Below, one piece after another: positions 29,185-37,850 of a stretch of DNA of 52,751 nucleotides. The stretch covers positions 1-52,751 of the forward strand of contig JAZRTE010000049.1 in NCBI GenBank assembly GCA_045651785.1, written 5' to 3'. The notes beneath the pieces are model-generated. The model ran no database searches, was not told the DNA's origin, and was given only the letters and a program-made list of their open reading frames with translations. The position numbers and the translations under genes are program-made. Position 1 is the first letter of the stretch, and every line of letters starts with the position of its first letter. Source of the DNA: Eubacteriales bacterium. Lineage in GTDB: Bacteria; Bacillota; Clostridia; Oscillospirales; CAG-382.

Positions 29185-30018
29185 TTAAACCTCGATCCAC
29201 TCGCCGGGGTTTGCAAGAGCCTTGTTGCCTGCTTCGATAATGCCCATTACCGAAACGGTTTCGGCATGGTCGGCAAAGGTTTCGCCGGTTTTGAAGAAGG
29301 TGCAGAGCTTGTTGATGAAGTTATCGAAATAACCGCTCATCTGGGGAACCTTGTAGATAGAGCCGTCTTCATAGTTAACGACCATTTCAAAGTCGATGCC
29401 CTTCCAATCGTAGTGGCTCATAACGGCGCGTCTGCCGTTAGAAAATTCGATAACCATGGTTTCGTAGCCACTGCCGACCGACATGATTCTCTTAACCTCG
29501 CTGCCCATAAGAACAACGATAGGCTCGATTTGGTGGATAGCATAGGTATCGAATCTGCCGGGACCGCGAGAGTTGATAAAGCAAATGCCTTCGCGCGGAA
29601 CCTCTGCCAATTCGTTTGCGAAACGGAGCGCAGAGGTCGAGAAGAAGGGTGTGTTGTTTGCTTCGCCGATAGCAACGATCTCCTTTGCGATATCCTTGGT
29701 GAGCGCAAAGGTCTTGTCAACGTAAACGCGTTTGCCGCTTGCAAGAGGTTCGCGGCAGAGGTCTAAATGTCTTTCGGGGTTATCGGGCGAGAGAACGATT
29801 ATGCAATCGCTCTTTTCGACGACCTCGGCAATGGTGTTGCAGCGTTCAACACCGAACTTTTCGCACCATTCGTCTGTGGTAAGTCCGCCTTCCTTATCCT
29901 TTTCGGCATAAGCATAAGCAACCTTGAATTCATCGCCGAACTGCTGTGCAATGAACTTAGGATAATTGTTAGCGTGCCATTCATCAAGGAAATAATCAAT
30001 AAATCCGATCTTGATCAT
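29185..30018 (-). CDS. Gfo/Idh/MocA-like oxidoreductase
   Basis: N-terminal Rossmann-like start, VYVDKTF (EKP-type motif variant), STSALRF, YAIH. Confidence 0.75.
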   Translation of the reverse strand: MIKIGFIDYFLDEWHANNYPKFIAQQFGDEFKVAYAYAEKDKEGGLTTDEWCEKFGVERCNTIAEVVEKSDCIIVLSPDNPERHLDLCREPLASGKRVYVDKTFALTKDIAKEIVAIGEANNTPFFSTSALRFANELAEVPREGICFINSRGPGRFDTYAIHQIEPIVVLMGSEVKRIMSVGSGYETMVIEFSNGRRAVMSHYDWKGIDFEMVVNYEDGSIYKVPQMSGYFDNFINKLCTFFKTGETFADHAETVSVMGIIEAGNKALANPGEWIEV

Positions 30019-30020
30019 TT

Positions 30021-30902
30021 TTATGCTCCGATCTTGTCCTTTAAGAAGTTAACCGCGAGAAGGATGTCTGCATAGGGATCGTCGCCGCATTCGCGTTCAA
30101 CGGTAAGGAAGCCGTTAAAGCCGATATCGGAAAGCGCCTTAAGATATGCATCAAAGGGAACGTTACCCTCTCCGAGAGGAACTTCGAGGAAGTAGTCGGA
30201 AAGACGAAGGTCTTCAATGCCGCCTTCAGCGAAGAAGGTGTAAACCTTGCGGGGATCGATGATAAAGCCCTTGCCGTCCTTTGCGTGGGTATGAACGATA
30301 TAGCTGCCGAGGGTATAAACCGCTTCAACAGGATCGGTGCCGGTGCACATAACGAGGTTTGCGGGGTCCATATTTACGCCGAAGCCCTTGGAATTAACGT
30401 CGTCAAGGAACGCCTTAAGACGTGCCGCGGGTTCGGGACCGGTTTCGATTGCGAAAGTAACGCCGACGGAAGCGGCATATTCGCCGATCTCACGGCAAGC
30501 ATTAAGCATATTCTTATATGCTTCGCATTCGGTATCGCATTTATTGGTGTCCTCCGCGCATTCGGGAACAACGCCGATGTGGGTGGTAACTACCTTGGTG
30601 CCAAGACGTACGGCAAGATCTGCAACCGCTTTGCTTGCAGGGATCTTCCAAGCATTTTCGTCAGCACGTTCAAAGCCGTGGCCGCCGAAGTCGCCGCAAA
30701 CTGCGGAAATAACGAGTCCGTATTGATCCAAAAGACCGCGAACGCGTTCAACCTTTGCATCGTCAAAGGTATCGTATTTGTTTTCGCCTTCAACAACGTA
30801 AAGCTGGATGCCTTGCGCACCAACCTCAGCCGCTTTAGCGAGTCCCTGCTCAAAGGGAAGCTTGAAGGAGTCGGTCATAACGCCAATTTTGAAATTAGCC
30901 AT
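30021..30902 (-). CDS. Sugar phosphate isomerase/epimerase (AP endonuclease 2 / xylose isomerase-like TIM barrel)
   Basis: FAIETG, VNMDPANL, HTHAKD, VPLGEG, LTVERE. Confidence 0.88.
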   Translation of the reverse strand: MANFKIGVMTDSFKLPFEQGLAKAAEVGAQGIQLYVVEGENKYDTFDDAKVERVRGLLDQYGLVISAVCGDFGGHGFERADENAWKIPASKAVADLAVRLGTKVVTTHIGVVPECAEDTNKCDTECEAYKNMLNACREIGEYAASVGVTFAIETGPEPAARLKAFLDDVNSKGFGVNMDPANLVMCTGTDPVEAVYTLGSYIVHTHAKDGKGFIIDPRKVYTFFAEGGIEDLRLSDYFLEVPLGEGNVPFDAYLKALSDIGFNGFLTVERECGDDPYADILLAVNFLKDKIGA

Positions 30903-30946
30903 AATTCACCTCATAAAATTATTTGTTAATTTTGAATTTATCACTT

Positions 30947-31426
30947 TTAACCCACGAGCGCACTGAACGCTTCGGGAGCAAAATAAAACAGTGTTACGAT
31001 GATACTTCCCGCGCCAAGTACGCCGAGCGCGATCGGAAGAAAGCTTTTCTTAAGGTCAAGTCCGAGCGTTATTGCAATAAGCGCACCCGTCCAAGCACCC
31101 GTACCGGGCAAAGGGATCGCCACGAAAAGGAAAAGTCCCCAAAAGAGTGCGCGCTTTGCGCCCGAATTCATTTTCGCGACCTTTTTTTCGCCTATTTCAA
31201 GTATCTTGCGGAAGGGGCGCCCGAACTTTTCAAAGCTTGCAAAATATCTTAACACCTTGCCGCCGAAAAGAATGAGAAAGGGCACGGGAATAAGGTTGCC
31301 GATCAACGAAATCAGCGTTACCGGTACAATATCGAGCCCCAAGCTGTAAAGTCCTACGGGGATAGCACCGCGAAGCTCTATGACGGGCAGCATGCTTACC
31401 GCCAAAACAATTAAATAATCAAACAT
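30947..31426 (-). CDS. Small multi-drug export family membrane protein (COG2426)
   Basis: PVIELRGAIP and FVAIPLPGTGAWTG signatures. Confidence 0.88.
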   Translation of the reverse strand: MFDYLIVLAVSMLPVIELRGAIPVGLYSLGLDIVPVTLISLIGNLIPVPFLILFGGKVLRYFASFEKFGRPFRKILEIGEKKVAKMNSGAKRALFWGLFLFVAIPLPGTGAWTGALIAITLGLDLKKSFLPIALGVLGAGSIIVTLFYFAPEAFSALVG

Positions 31427-31442
31427 TTTTTATCTTTATCCC

Positions 31443-32519
31443 TTAATCTTTTTCGTAATAATCGGAATAGCTCATCGAACCGTACCAGACAAGATAATCC
31501 TTCTTACCGAGCTGTTCCTTGCGTTCCTCGTATTCATCGCGAAGCTTTGCATCGACAACCGCCGTTCCGTAATCCGAAAATTCAAGGCTCGCCGAAAGAA
31601 AGCCTTCGTCGTCGGCAATTTTTACGTCGATATTTCCGATAAGTCCGCCGGATACGGTTATTTCGATGCCGACGGTCATTTCGTCGCCCGCATTACCCAT
31701 TTCGGCGCGCGCATCGCGGATATCGGCAAGCAACGCGTTATATTCATCGATCTCCGCAAAGCAATCCTTCGAGCCTTCAACGATCTCATAAAGCGTATCG
31801 AACGCCTTATTTAGCGAAAACGAAAAGGAATATTTTTCGTTGTTATCTGCTTGGGTATAAACAAAGCCGTAGTTTTCCGTCATATATTCGTCGGAAAAAT
31901 AGGTGTCGACGATTTCGTTGACTCTTTTGATAAATTTGCCGATGTTGATAACGTCCTCGGCAAAGGTTTCACTGTTGATAAGCTCGGCAAGTGACTTGTA
32001 ATCGCCGCTTGCGATACGTGCAAAATAATCGAAATATTTGCTGATGCTCAGCTCCATCCCCAAAATTTCTTCATCTGGCGCGACCTTGCGGAAAAGTCCC
32101 GCATCCGATTCAAAGGCATAATATTCAAAGCCGTCATGACGGTAATAAGCAATATTTCCTGCGGTAAACGCATATTTTCCCTTTATAAGAGCATCGGGAA
32201 TGACAAGCTCTATGCTTGCATCATCAAGCTCGGACACGGTACTGCCCGAAAGGTCGTTAACCGTTATTTTACAGGGCGCCGCAAAGGTTTCCGCCGCCGC
32301 AGACGTAAGACGGTCAAACGCGCTGTCGCCGCCGAAAAAGCAAACCAAAAGCGTGCCTGCCGCCAACGCGACCGCCAAAATTATGCAGACCGCGGCAATT
32401 ATCGGTTTTTTGGTTTTTTTGCAGCTTGCTTCAGCATTGACGTTTACGACCGTTTTGCCGCAAGCCGAGCAGAAATTCGAACCGCTTTGCAATTCGCTTC
32501 CGCAATTTTCACAGTACAT
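31443..32519 (-). CDS. Zinc-ribbon domain membrane-anchored protein
   Basis: MYCENCG...NFCSACG zinc ribbon, one TM, acidic extracellular region; start could be 32519 or slightly upstream. Confidence 0.75.
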   Translation of the reverse strand: MYCENCGSELQSGSNFCSACGKTVVNVNAEASCKKTKKPIIAAVCIILAVALAAGTLLVCFFGGDSAFDRLTSAAAETFAAPCKITVNDLSGSTVSELDDASIELVIPDALIKGKYAFTAGNIAYYRHDGFEYYAFESDAGLFRKVAPDEEILGMELSISKYFDYFARIASGDYKSLAELINSETFAEDVINIGKFIKRVNEIVDTYFSDEYMTENYGFVYTQADNNEKYSFSFSLNKAFDTLYEIVEGSKDCFAEIDEYNALLADIRDARAEMGNAGDEMTVGIEITVSGGLIGNIDVKIADDEGFLSASLEFSDYGTAVVDAKLRDEYEERKEQLGKKDYLVWYGSMSYSDYYEKD

Positions 32520-32604
32520 AGAATCACCATTGTATTTATTCATCACGATTTTATCAAATAACTAACTAAAGGTCAAGACGTTTGAAAAATTTTCTTTCTT
32601 TTTA

Positions 32605-32633
32605 TTGTAATTATCGAAAGTTTATAGTATAAT
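32605..32633 (+). promoter_or_regulatory. Sigma-A-type promoter for murB-whiA
   Basis: TTGTAA, 17 nt, TATAAT. Confidence 0.6.
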
Positions 32634-32675
32634 GTAGGGTGAATAATTATGAACTGTATCGGAGCGGTTAAGATA

Positions 32676-33539
32676 ATGAATTTCAACTGCAAAGAAAATA
32701 TAAAAATGGCACCCTTTTGCTCGATGAAGGTCGGCGGGAACGCAAAATATTTAATTCTCCCCAAAACCGAGGAGGAATTGATAAGCGCGGTCGGATATTT
32801 CCGCGAAAAGGGTGAAAAATATATTGTCGTCGGCAATTGCTCGAACCTTATTTTTGCCGACGAGGGTTATGACGGGGCGGTTATTTCAACGACTGATATG
32901 AAGGGCCTTTCCTTTGAAAACGGTATCATCACTTCCCTTTGCGGAGATACACTCTCCTCGTTGGCAAGGATCGCTTTGGAAAACTCGCTTACCGGACTTG
33001 AATTTTGCTACGGTATCCCCGGCACCGTCGGCGGCGCGGTATTTATGAACGCAGGCGCTTACGGCGGTGAAATATCCGAACACTTTATCCGCGGACGCTT
33101 TTTAAACGCGGACAACGAAATCGTCACCCTAAACGGCGACGAGCTTGAATTCGGTTACCGCAAAAGCCGCCTTATGCGTGAAGAATTGATACTTATTTCG
33201 GCTGAATTCACAGCAAAACAGGGCGAAAAGAGCGAAATACGCGCAAAAATGGATGAGCTTATGCAAAAGCGCAAAAGCAAGCAGCCGCTTGAATTCCCAA
33301 GCTGCGGAAGCGCGTTCAAGCGTCCCGAGGGCTATTTTGCGGGCGCTTTGATCGAGCAATGCGGATTAAAGGGCTTTTCCTTGGGCGGCGCAAGGGTTTC
33401 GGAAAAGCACGCGGGCTTTATTATCAACGGCGGAAACGCAACCGCGACCGACGTAATAAAGCTTTTGGAATACGTTTCCGAAACGGTTTTCAAAAATACG
33501 GGCGTTATGCTTGAGCCCGAAATAAGGGTGATTAAATAA
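32676..33539 (+). CDS. murB: UDP-N-acetylmuramate dehydrogenase MurB
   Basis: VGG, GNCSN, GIPGTVGGAVFMNAGAYG, FGYR, PSCGSAFKRP, SEKHAGF, LEPE. Confidence 0.97.
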   Translation: MNFNCKENIKMAPFCSMKVGGNAKYLILPKTEEELISAVGYFREKGEKYIVVGNCSNLIFADEGYDGAVISTTDMKGLSFENGIITSLCGDTLSSLARIALENSLTGLEFCYGIPGTVGGAVFMNAGAYGGEISEHFIRGRFLNADNEIVTLNGDELEFGYRKSRLMREELILISAEFTAKQGEKSEIRAKMDELMQKRKSKQPLEFPSCGSAFKRPEGYFAGALIEQCGLKGFSLGGARVSEKHAGFIINGGNATATDVIKLLEYVSETVFKNTGVMLEPEIRVIK

Positions 33540-34222
33540 TGTCATTCACTTCACAGATAAAAGACCAGCTTGTTGAAAGCATACCGAAAAAGGATTGCTG
33601 CAAATCGTCGCTTACCGCGGGGTTTGAAATGCAGCCGCTTGATTCACGGTGCGACAAGGATCTCGGGTGTTATCTCCGCGGTGTGTTTTTGAAATGCGGA
33701 AACGTCACCTCCCCAGGCCGTAATTTTATGCTTTCGTTCACTCTGCAAAGCGATGAATATGCCGATTATCTTTTCGAACTGCTCGACGGCACGGGCACCG
33801 AGCCCAAGCGCTCGACCCGAAAGGGCAAGCCCGTGATCTATTACAAGGCAAGTGAAAGCATCGAGGATATGCTGTCCTTTATCGGCGGTACGAAAGCGGT
33901 GCTTAAGATATTGAGCGAAAAGGTTATGAGCGACGTCAGAAATAACGCAAACCGACTTTGCAATGCCGAAACGGCAAACCTCGACCGTACCGCACGCGCG
34001 GCGGCAGAGCAATGCGAGGCGATAAAGACGATCGTCGATCTGGGCGCGATGCACAATCTTCCGCCCGAGCTTCGCGAATGTGCCGAATTGCGCTTGGCAA
34101 ACCCCGATATGTCGCTTGCTCAGCTGCGCGAGCTTTTCCGCGAGCCTGTTAGCAAATCGGGCATCAACCACAGATTTAAAAAATTGATCCAAATTGCGGA
34201 AACCTTAAAAACACAGCAATAG
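33539..34222 (+). CDS. whiA: DNA-binding protein WhiA (short form)
   Basis: MSFTSQIK, YLRGVFL, RNNANRLCNAETANL, RLANPDMSL, SKSGINHR. Confidence 0.9.
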   Translation: MSFTSQIKDQLVESIPKKDCCKSSLTAGFEMQPLDSRCDKDLGCYLRGVFLKCGNVTSPGRNFMLSFTLQSDEYADYLFELLDGTGTEPKRSTRKGKPVIYYKASESIEDMLSFIGGTKAVLKILSEKVMSDVRNNANRLCNAETANLDRTARAAAEQCEAIKTIVDLGAMHNLPPELRECAELRLANPDMSLAQLRELFREPVSKSGINHRFKKLIQIAETLKTQQ

Positions 34223-34234
34223 CGCCAAAGCGCT

Positions 34235-34259
34235 CGACCGAAAAGCTTCTTTTCGGTCG
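34235..34259. other. Perfect 11-bp hairpin between whiA and dnaE
   Basis: CGACCGAAAAG-CTT-CTTTTCGGTCG; poor U tail. Confidence 0.5.
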
Positions 34260-34296
34260 GTTATTGAGTTTTAATCTAACCGATAGGAACATTAAT

Positions 34297-37200
34297 ATGG
34301 CTTTCGTTCACTTGCATCTACACACAGAATATAGCTTGCTTGACGGCGAAAACCGCATTAATGCAATTCCCGATGCGGTTATTGAGGGCGGTATGGACGC
34401 CTGCGCCATTACCGACCACGGCGTTATGTACGGCATTGTCGATTTTTACAAGGCGTGTTCCGCCAAGGGTATCAAGCCGATAATCGGCTGTGAGGTATAC
34501 GTTGCTCCGCGAATGATGGAGCAAAAGGAAAGAATGCTCGATTCCGATTATTCGCACCTTGTTTTACTTGCGAAGAACGAGATCGGTTATAAAAATCTTT
34601 TAAATATCGTTTCAAAAGCGTTCACCGTCGGCTTTTACTCGAAGCCGAGAACCGATATTGAAAATCTTACAAAATATTCCGAGGGACTGATTGCCCTTTC
34701 GGGCTGTATTTCGGGAAGCATCCCGAAGGCGATACTCGCAAACGATCTATCGCTTGCGCGAGAAAGAATTATTGTTTTCGACCGCATTTTCGGCAGAAAC
34801 AACTTTTATCTTGAGCTTCAACGTCACGGCATCGACGGTCAGGAGGAGGTCAACCGCGCTCTTATCAACTTCTCGCGCGAGTTGGGTGTTCCGCTTGTTG
34901 CGACAAATGACGCGCATTACACAAAGCGCGAGGATGCGGCGGTACAAAAGCTTCTTTCGGCGATTGCCACGGGCAACACCGTCGAGGACAGCGGCTTCGG
35001 TATGGACGGAAGCGAGCATTACATCAAATCCGACTCTGAAATGCGCGCTTTGTTTTATGACGTACCCGAAGCGATTGAAAACACGGCGAAAATTGCTCAG
35101 ATGTGCGATTTTAAGTTTGATTTCGAAAGTATGCATTTGCCTGCATTCAAAACGCCTTCTCCCTATAATTCCGAGCAATATCTCCGCAAGCTTTGTCTTG
35201 AAGGACTTGATGCTCTTTATAATTCGAACCGATTGTCCGACGATATTTCGGTCTACCGCGAAAGGATCGACCACGAGCTTTCGATAATCCACAATATGGG
35301 CTTTGACGATTATATGCTCATCGTTTGGGATTTTGTGAATTATGCAAGGCGCAACAACATCCCCGTCGGCTCGGGCAGAGGAAGCGCGGTCGGCAGTCTT
35401 TGTACCTATTCCTTGGGCATAACTCAGGTTGACCCGATCAAATTCAACCTCCTTTTCGAGCGGTTTCTTAACCCCGAAAGAGTCAGTATGCCCGATATTG
35501 ATATCGACTTTTCCGACGAAAGACGCGGCGAGGTCATTGATTACGTCGCATCAAAATACGGCAAAACTCACGTTGCACAGATAATCACATTCGGTAAGCT
35601 CGCCTGCCGTCAGGCGGTGCGCGATGCGGGCAGAGCGTTGGGTATGAGCTATTCATCCGTCGACGAAATTGCGAAGATGATACCCCGCTATCTCGACGTT
35701 ACGCTTGAATCGGCGCTTAAGGAAAACCCCGAATTAAAGCAGAGAGTCGATAACGACCCTGCCGCAAAAAAGCTTATCGATTATGCGGCAAAGCTCGAAG
35801 GACGTCCTCGCAACGCGAGCACGCACGCATCGGGCGTTGTCATCACCGACGAGCCGCTTACCAATTATCTCCCACTTGCGCTTAACGATAACGCAACGGT
35901 AACGCAATTCCCGATGAACACCGTTGCAGACCTCGGGCTTTTGAAAATGGACTTTTTGGGACTTCGCTTCCTTTCCATTATTCAAGGCACCGAAGCACAA
36001 ATCAAAAAACATATACCCGATTTTTCGGCAGAAGCATTGCCCCTTGACGATAAAGCGACCTATGAAATGCTTTCCGAGGGACACGCTATCGGCATATTCC
36101 AGCTTGAAAGCGAGGGTATGCGAAATCTTCTTACGAAATTGAAGCCAAAGGATCTTGAGGATGTCATTTCGGTAATTTCACTTTACCGCCCCGGTCCTGC
36201 GCTTTCAATAGACGCGTTTTTGAAAAACCGCATCAATCCCGAAAAAACGCAATACGATCACGACTGCTTAAAGGAAATTCTTGCTCCGACCTGCGGCGTT
36301 ATGCTTTATCAGGAGCAGGTCATGCAGATTTGCCGCACAATGGCAGGCTATTCCTACGGCAGAGCGGACATCGTTCGCCGTGCGATGGCGAAAAAGAAGC
36401 CCGAGGTTATGGCAAAGGAAAAGGATATTTTCCTGAACGGTGCCGAGAAAAACGGTGTTTCGCGTCAAAGCGCCGAGTCGGTTTTCGACAAGATGAGCGA
36501 ATTTGCGAAATACGCGTTTAATAAAAGCCACGCCGCCGCTTACGCCGTCGTTGCATACCGCACCGCTTGGCTTAAATGCCATTATCCCCGTGAATATATG
36601 TGCTCGTTGCTTAACACGGTCATGGGATACAACGAAAAGGTCGGCGAATATATTGCAGACTGTGCGAGAATGGGAATAAAAATTCTTGCACCCACCGTTA
36701 ACGAAAGCTTCGGCAGCTTCTCGGTCGAGGGTCAAAACCTTCGTTTCGGTCTTGCCGCAATCAAAAACGTCGGCGCGCTTTTTGCCGACAAGATAATCAA
36801 CGAGCGAAGAAGAAAGCGCTTTTCGTCGCTTGAGGATTTCATTTCGAGATGCGCGCAATTCGGAAGCAGTAAGACCTTCGAATCGCTTATAACTGCAGGA
36901 GCTTTGGACGAATTCGGTATGCCGCGAAGCCAAATGCTCGCAGGGCTGTCCAAGGCGCTTGAAACAGTGACTAAGGACCGAAACCGTAATTCCGAAGGAC
37001 AAATGAGCCTTTTCGGAAACGGAGCGGCGGTTGAAGAAAGCGTTTTCGAATATCCCGCCTCCAATCTTCCCGAGCTTTTAAAGAGCGAAATACTCAAGGG
37101 CGAAAAGGAAATGACGGGGCTCTATTTTTCGGGCCACCCTCTCGACGGGTACCGCGACGTACAGCATCAAATCGGCTCACTGTCGGCAGAGCAGATAAAG

Positions 37201-37830
37201 ACAGGTCTGGAAAACGGAACGCTGAAAAAGAATTCGTTAATAAAATTTATCGGTCTTGTAACAAAAAAACGCTCGAAAACGACTAAAAAGAATGATATAA
37301 TGGCTTTCATCACCGCAGAAGACGAAAGCGGCGAGGCGGAATTGATCTGCTTTCCCACACTTTATACCGCTTCGGGAAGCCTTATTTCCGAAAACAAGGT
37401 GCTTGTTTTCAGCGGCAACCCCGAAATAAGCGACGTCTACGGCGACGAGGGTGCAGAGCGTATAAGCATACTTTTAAAATCGGTTTGCACTCCCGAGGAG
37501 GCAGTAAGCGAAGCCCAAAACGGAAATAAAACAAAAAAAACGCCCTATTACGGTAGCGGCGAAAATAAAAACGTCGGTAAGCCCGAAGCAAAAGCCGCCT
37601 CGGACAATACCGCACGATCGCTTTATATCAAGGTAACGGCAGAAAACGAGTCTTCGCTCGAGGATGCCCTTGCACTTGCATCGCGCACGGCAGGCAATTC
37701 GCGCATTTTGGTTTACTTTGAAGCCGAAAAACGTCTTGCCGCCGCAAAAGGCAGGTCGGCAAACATTACCGAAAGACTGCTTGCTCAGCTAAAGGCGCTT
37801 ATGGGCGAGAGCAATATTGCAGTCAAATAA
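34297..37830 (+). CDS. dnaE: DNA polymerase III subunit alpha
   Basis: FVHLHLHTEYSLLDG PHP domain, GRGSAVGS, MPDIDIDF, KMDFLGL, FNKSHA, OB fold. Confidence 0.98.
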   Translation: MAFVHLHLHTEYSLLDGENRINAIPDAVIEGGMDACAITDHGVMYGIVDFYKACSAKGIKPIIGCEVYVAPRMMEQKERMLDSDYSHLVLLAKNEIGYKNLLNIVSKAFTVGFYSKPRTDIENLTKYSEGLIALSGCISGSIPKAILANDLSLARERIIVFDRIFGRNNFYLELQRHGIDGQEEVNRALINFSRELGVPLVATNDAHYTKREDAAVQKLLSAIATGNTVEDSGFGMDGSEHYIKSDSEMRALFYDVPEAIENTAKIAQMCDFKFDFESMHLPAFKTPSPYNSEQYLRKLCLEGLDALYNSNRLSDDISVYRERIDHELSIIHNMGFDDYMLIVWDFVNYARRNNIPVGSGRGSAVGSLCTYSLGITQVDPIKFNLLFERFLNPERVSMPDIDIDFSDERRGEVIDYVASKYGKTHVAQIITFGKLACRQAVRDAGRALGMSYSSVDEIAKMIPRYLDVTLESALKENPELKQRVDNDPAAKKLIDYAAKLEGRPRNASTHASGVVITDEPLTNYLPLALNDNATVTQFPMNTVADLGLLKMDFLGLRFLSIIQGTEAQIKKHIPDFSAEALPLDDKATYEMLSEGHAIGIFQLESEGMRNLLTKLKPKDLEDVISVISLYRPGPALSIDAFLKNRINPEKTQYDHDCLKEILAPTCGVMLYQEQVMQICRTMAGYSYGRADIVRRAMAKKKPEVMAKEKDIFLNGAEKNGVSRQSAESVFDKMSEFAKYAFNKSHAAAYAVVAYRTAWLKCHYPREYMCSLLNTVMGYNEKVGEYIADCARMGIKILAPTVNESFGSFSVEGQNLRFGLAAIKNVGALFADKIINERRRKRFSSLEDFISRCAQFGSSKTFESLITAGALDEFGMPRSQMLAGLSKALETVTKDRNRNSEGQMSLFGNGAAVEESVFEYPASNLPELLKSEILKGEKEMTGLYFSGHPLDGYRDVQHQIGSLSAEQIKTGLENGTLKKNSLIKFIGLVTKKRSKTTKKNDIMAFITAEDESGEAELICFPTLYTASGSLISENKVLVFSGNPEISDVYGDEGAERISILLKSVCTPEEAVSEAQNGNKTKKTPYYGSGENKNVGKPEAKAASDNTARSLYIKVTAENESSLEDALALASRTAGNSRILVYFEAEKRLAAAKGRSANITERLLAQLKALMGESNIAVK

Positions 37831-37850
37831 AGCGATAGAAAGGAAACGAT

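Noticed and set aside
34297-37830. Possible intein or split in DnaE
   Set aside because: Normal length and contiguous motifs; only a short low-complexity linker near the C-terminus
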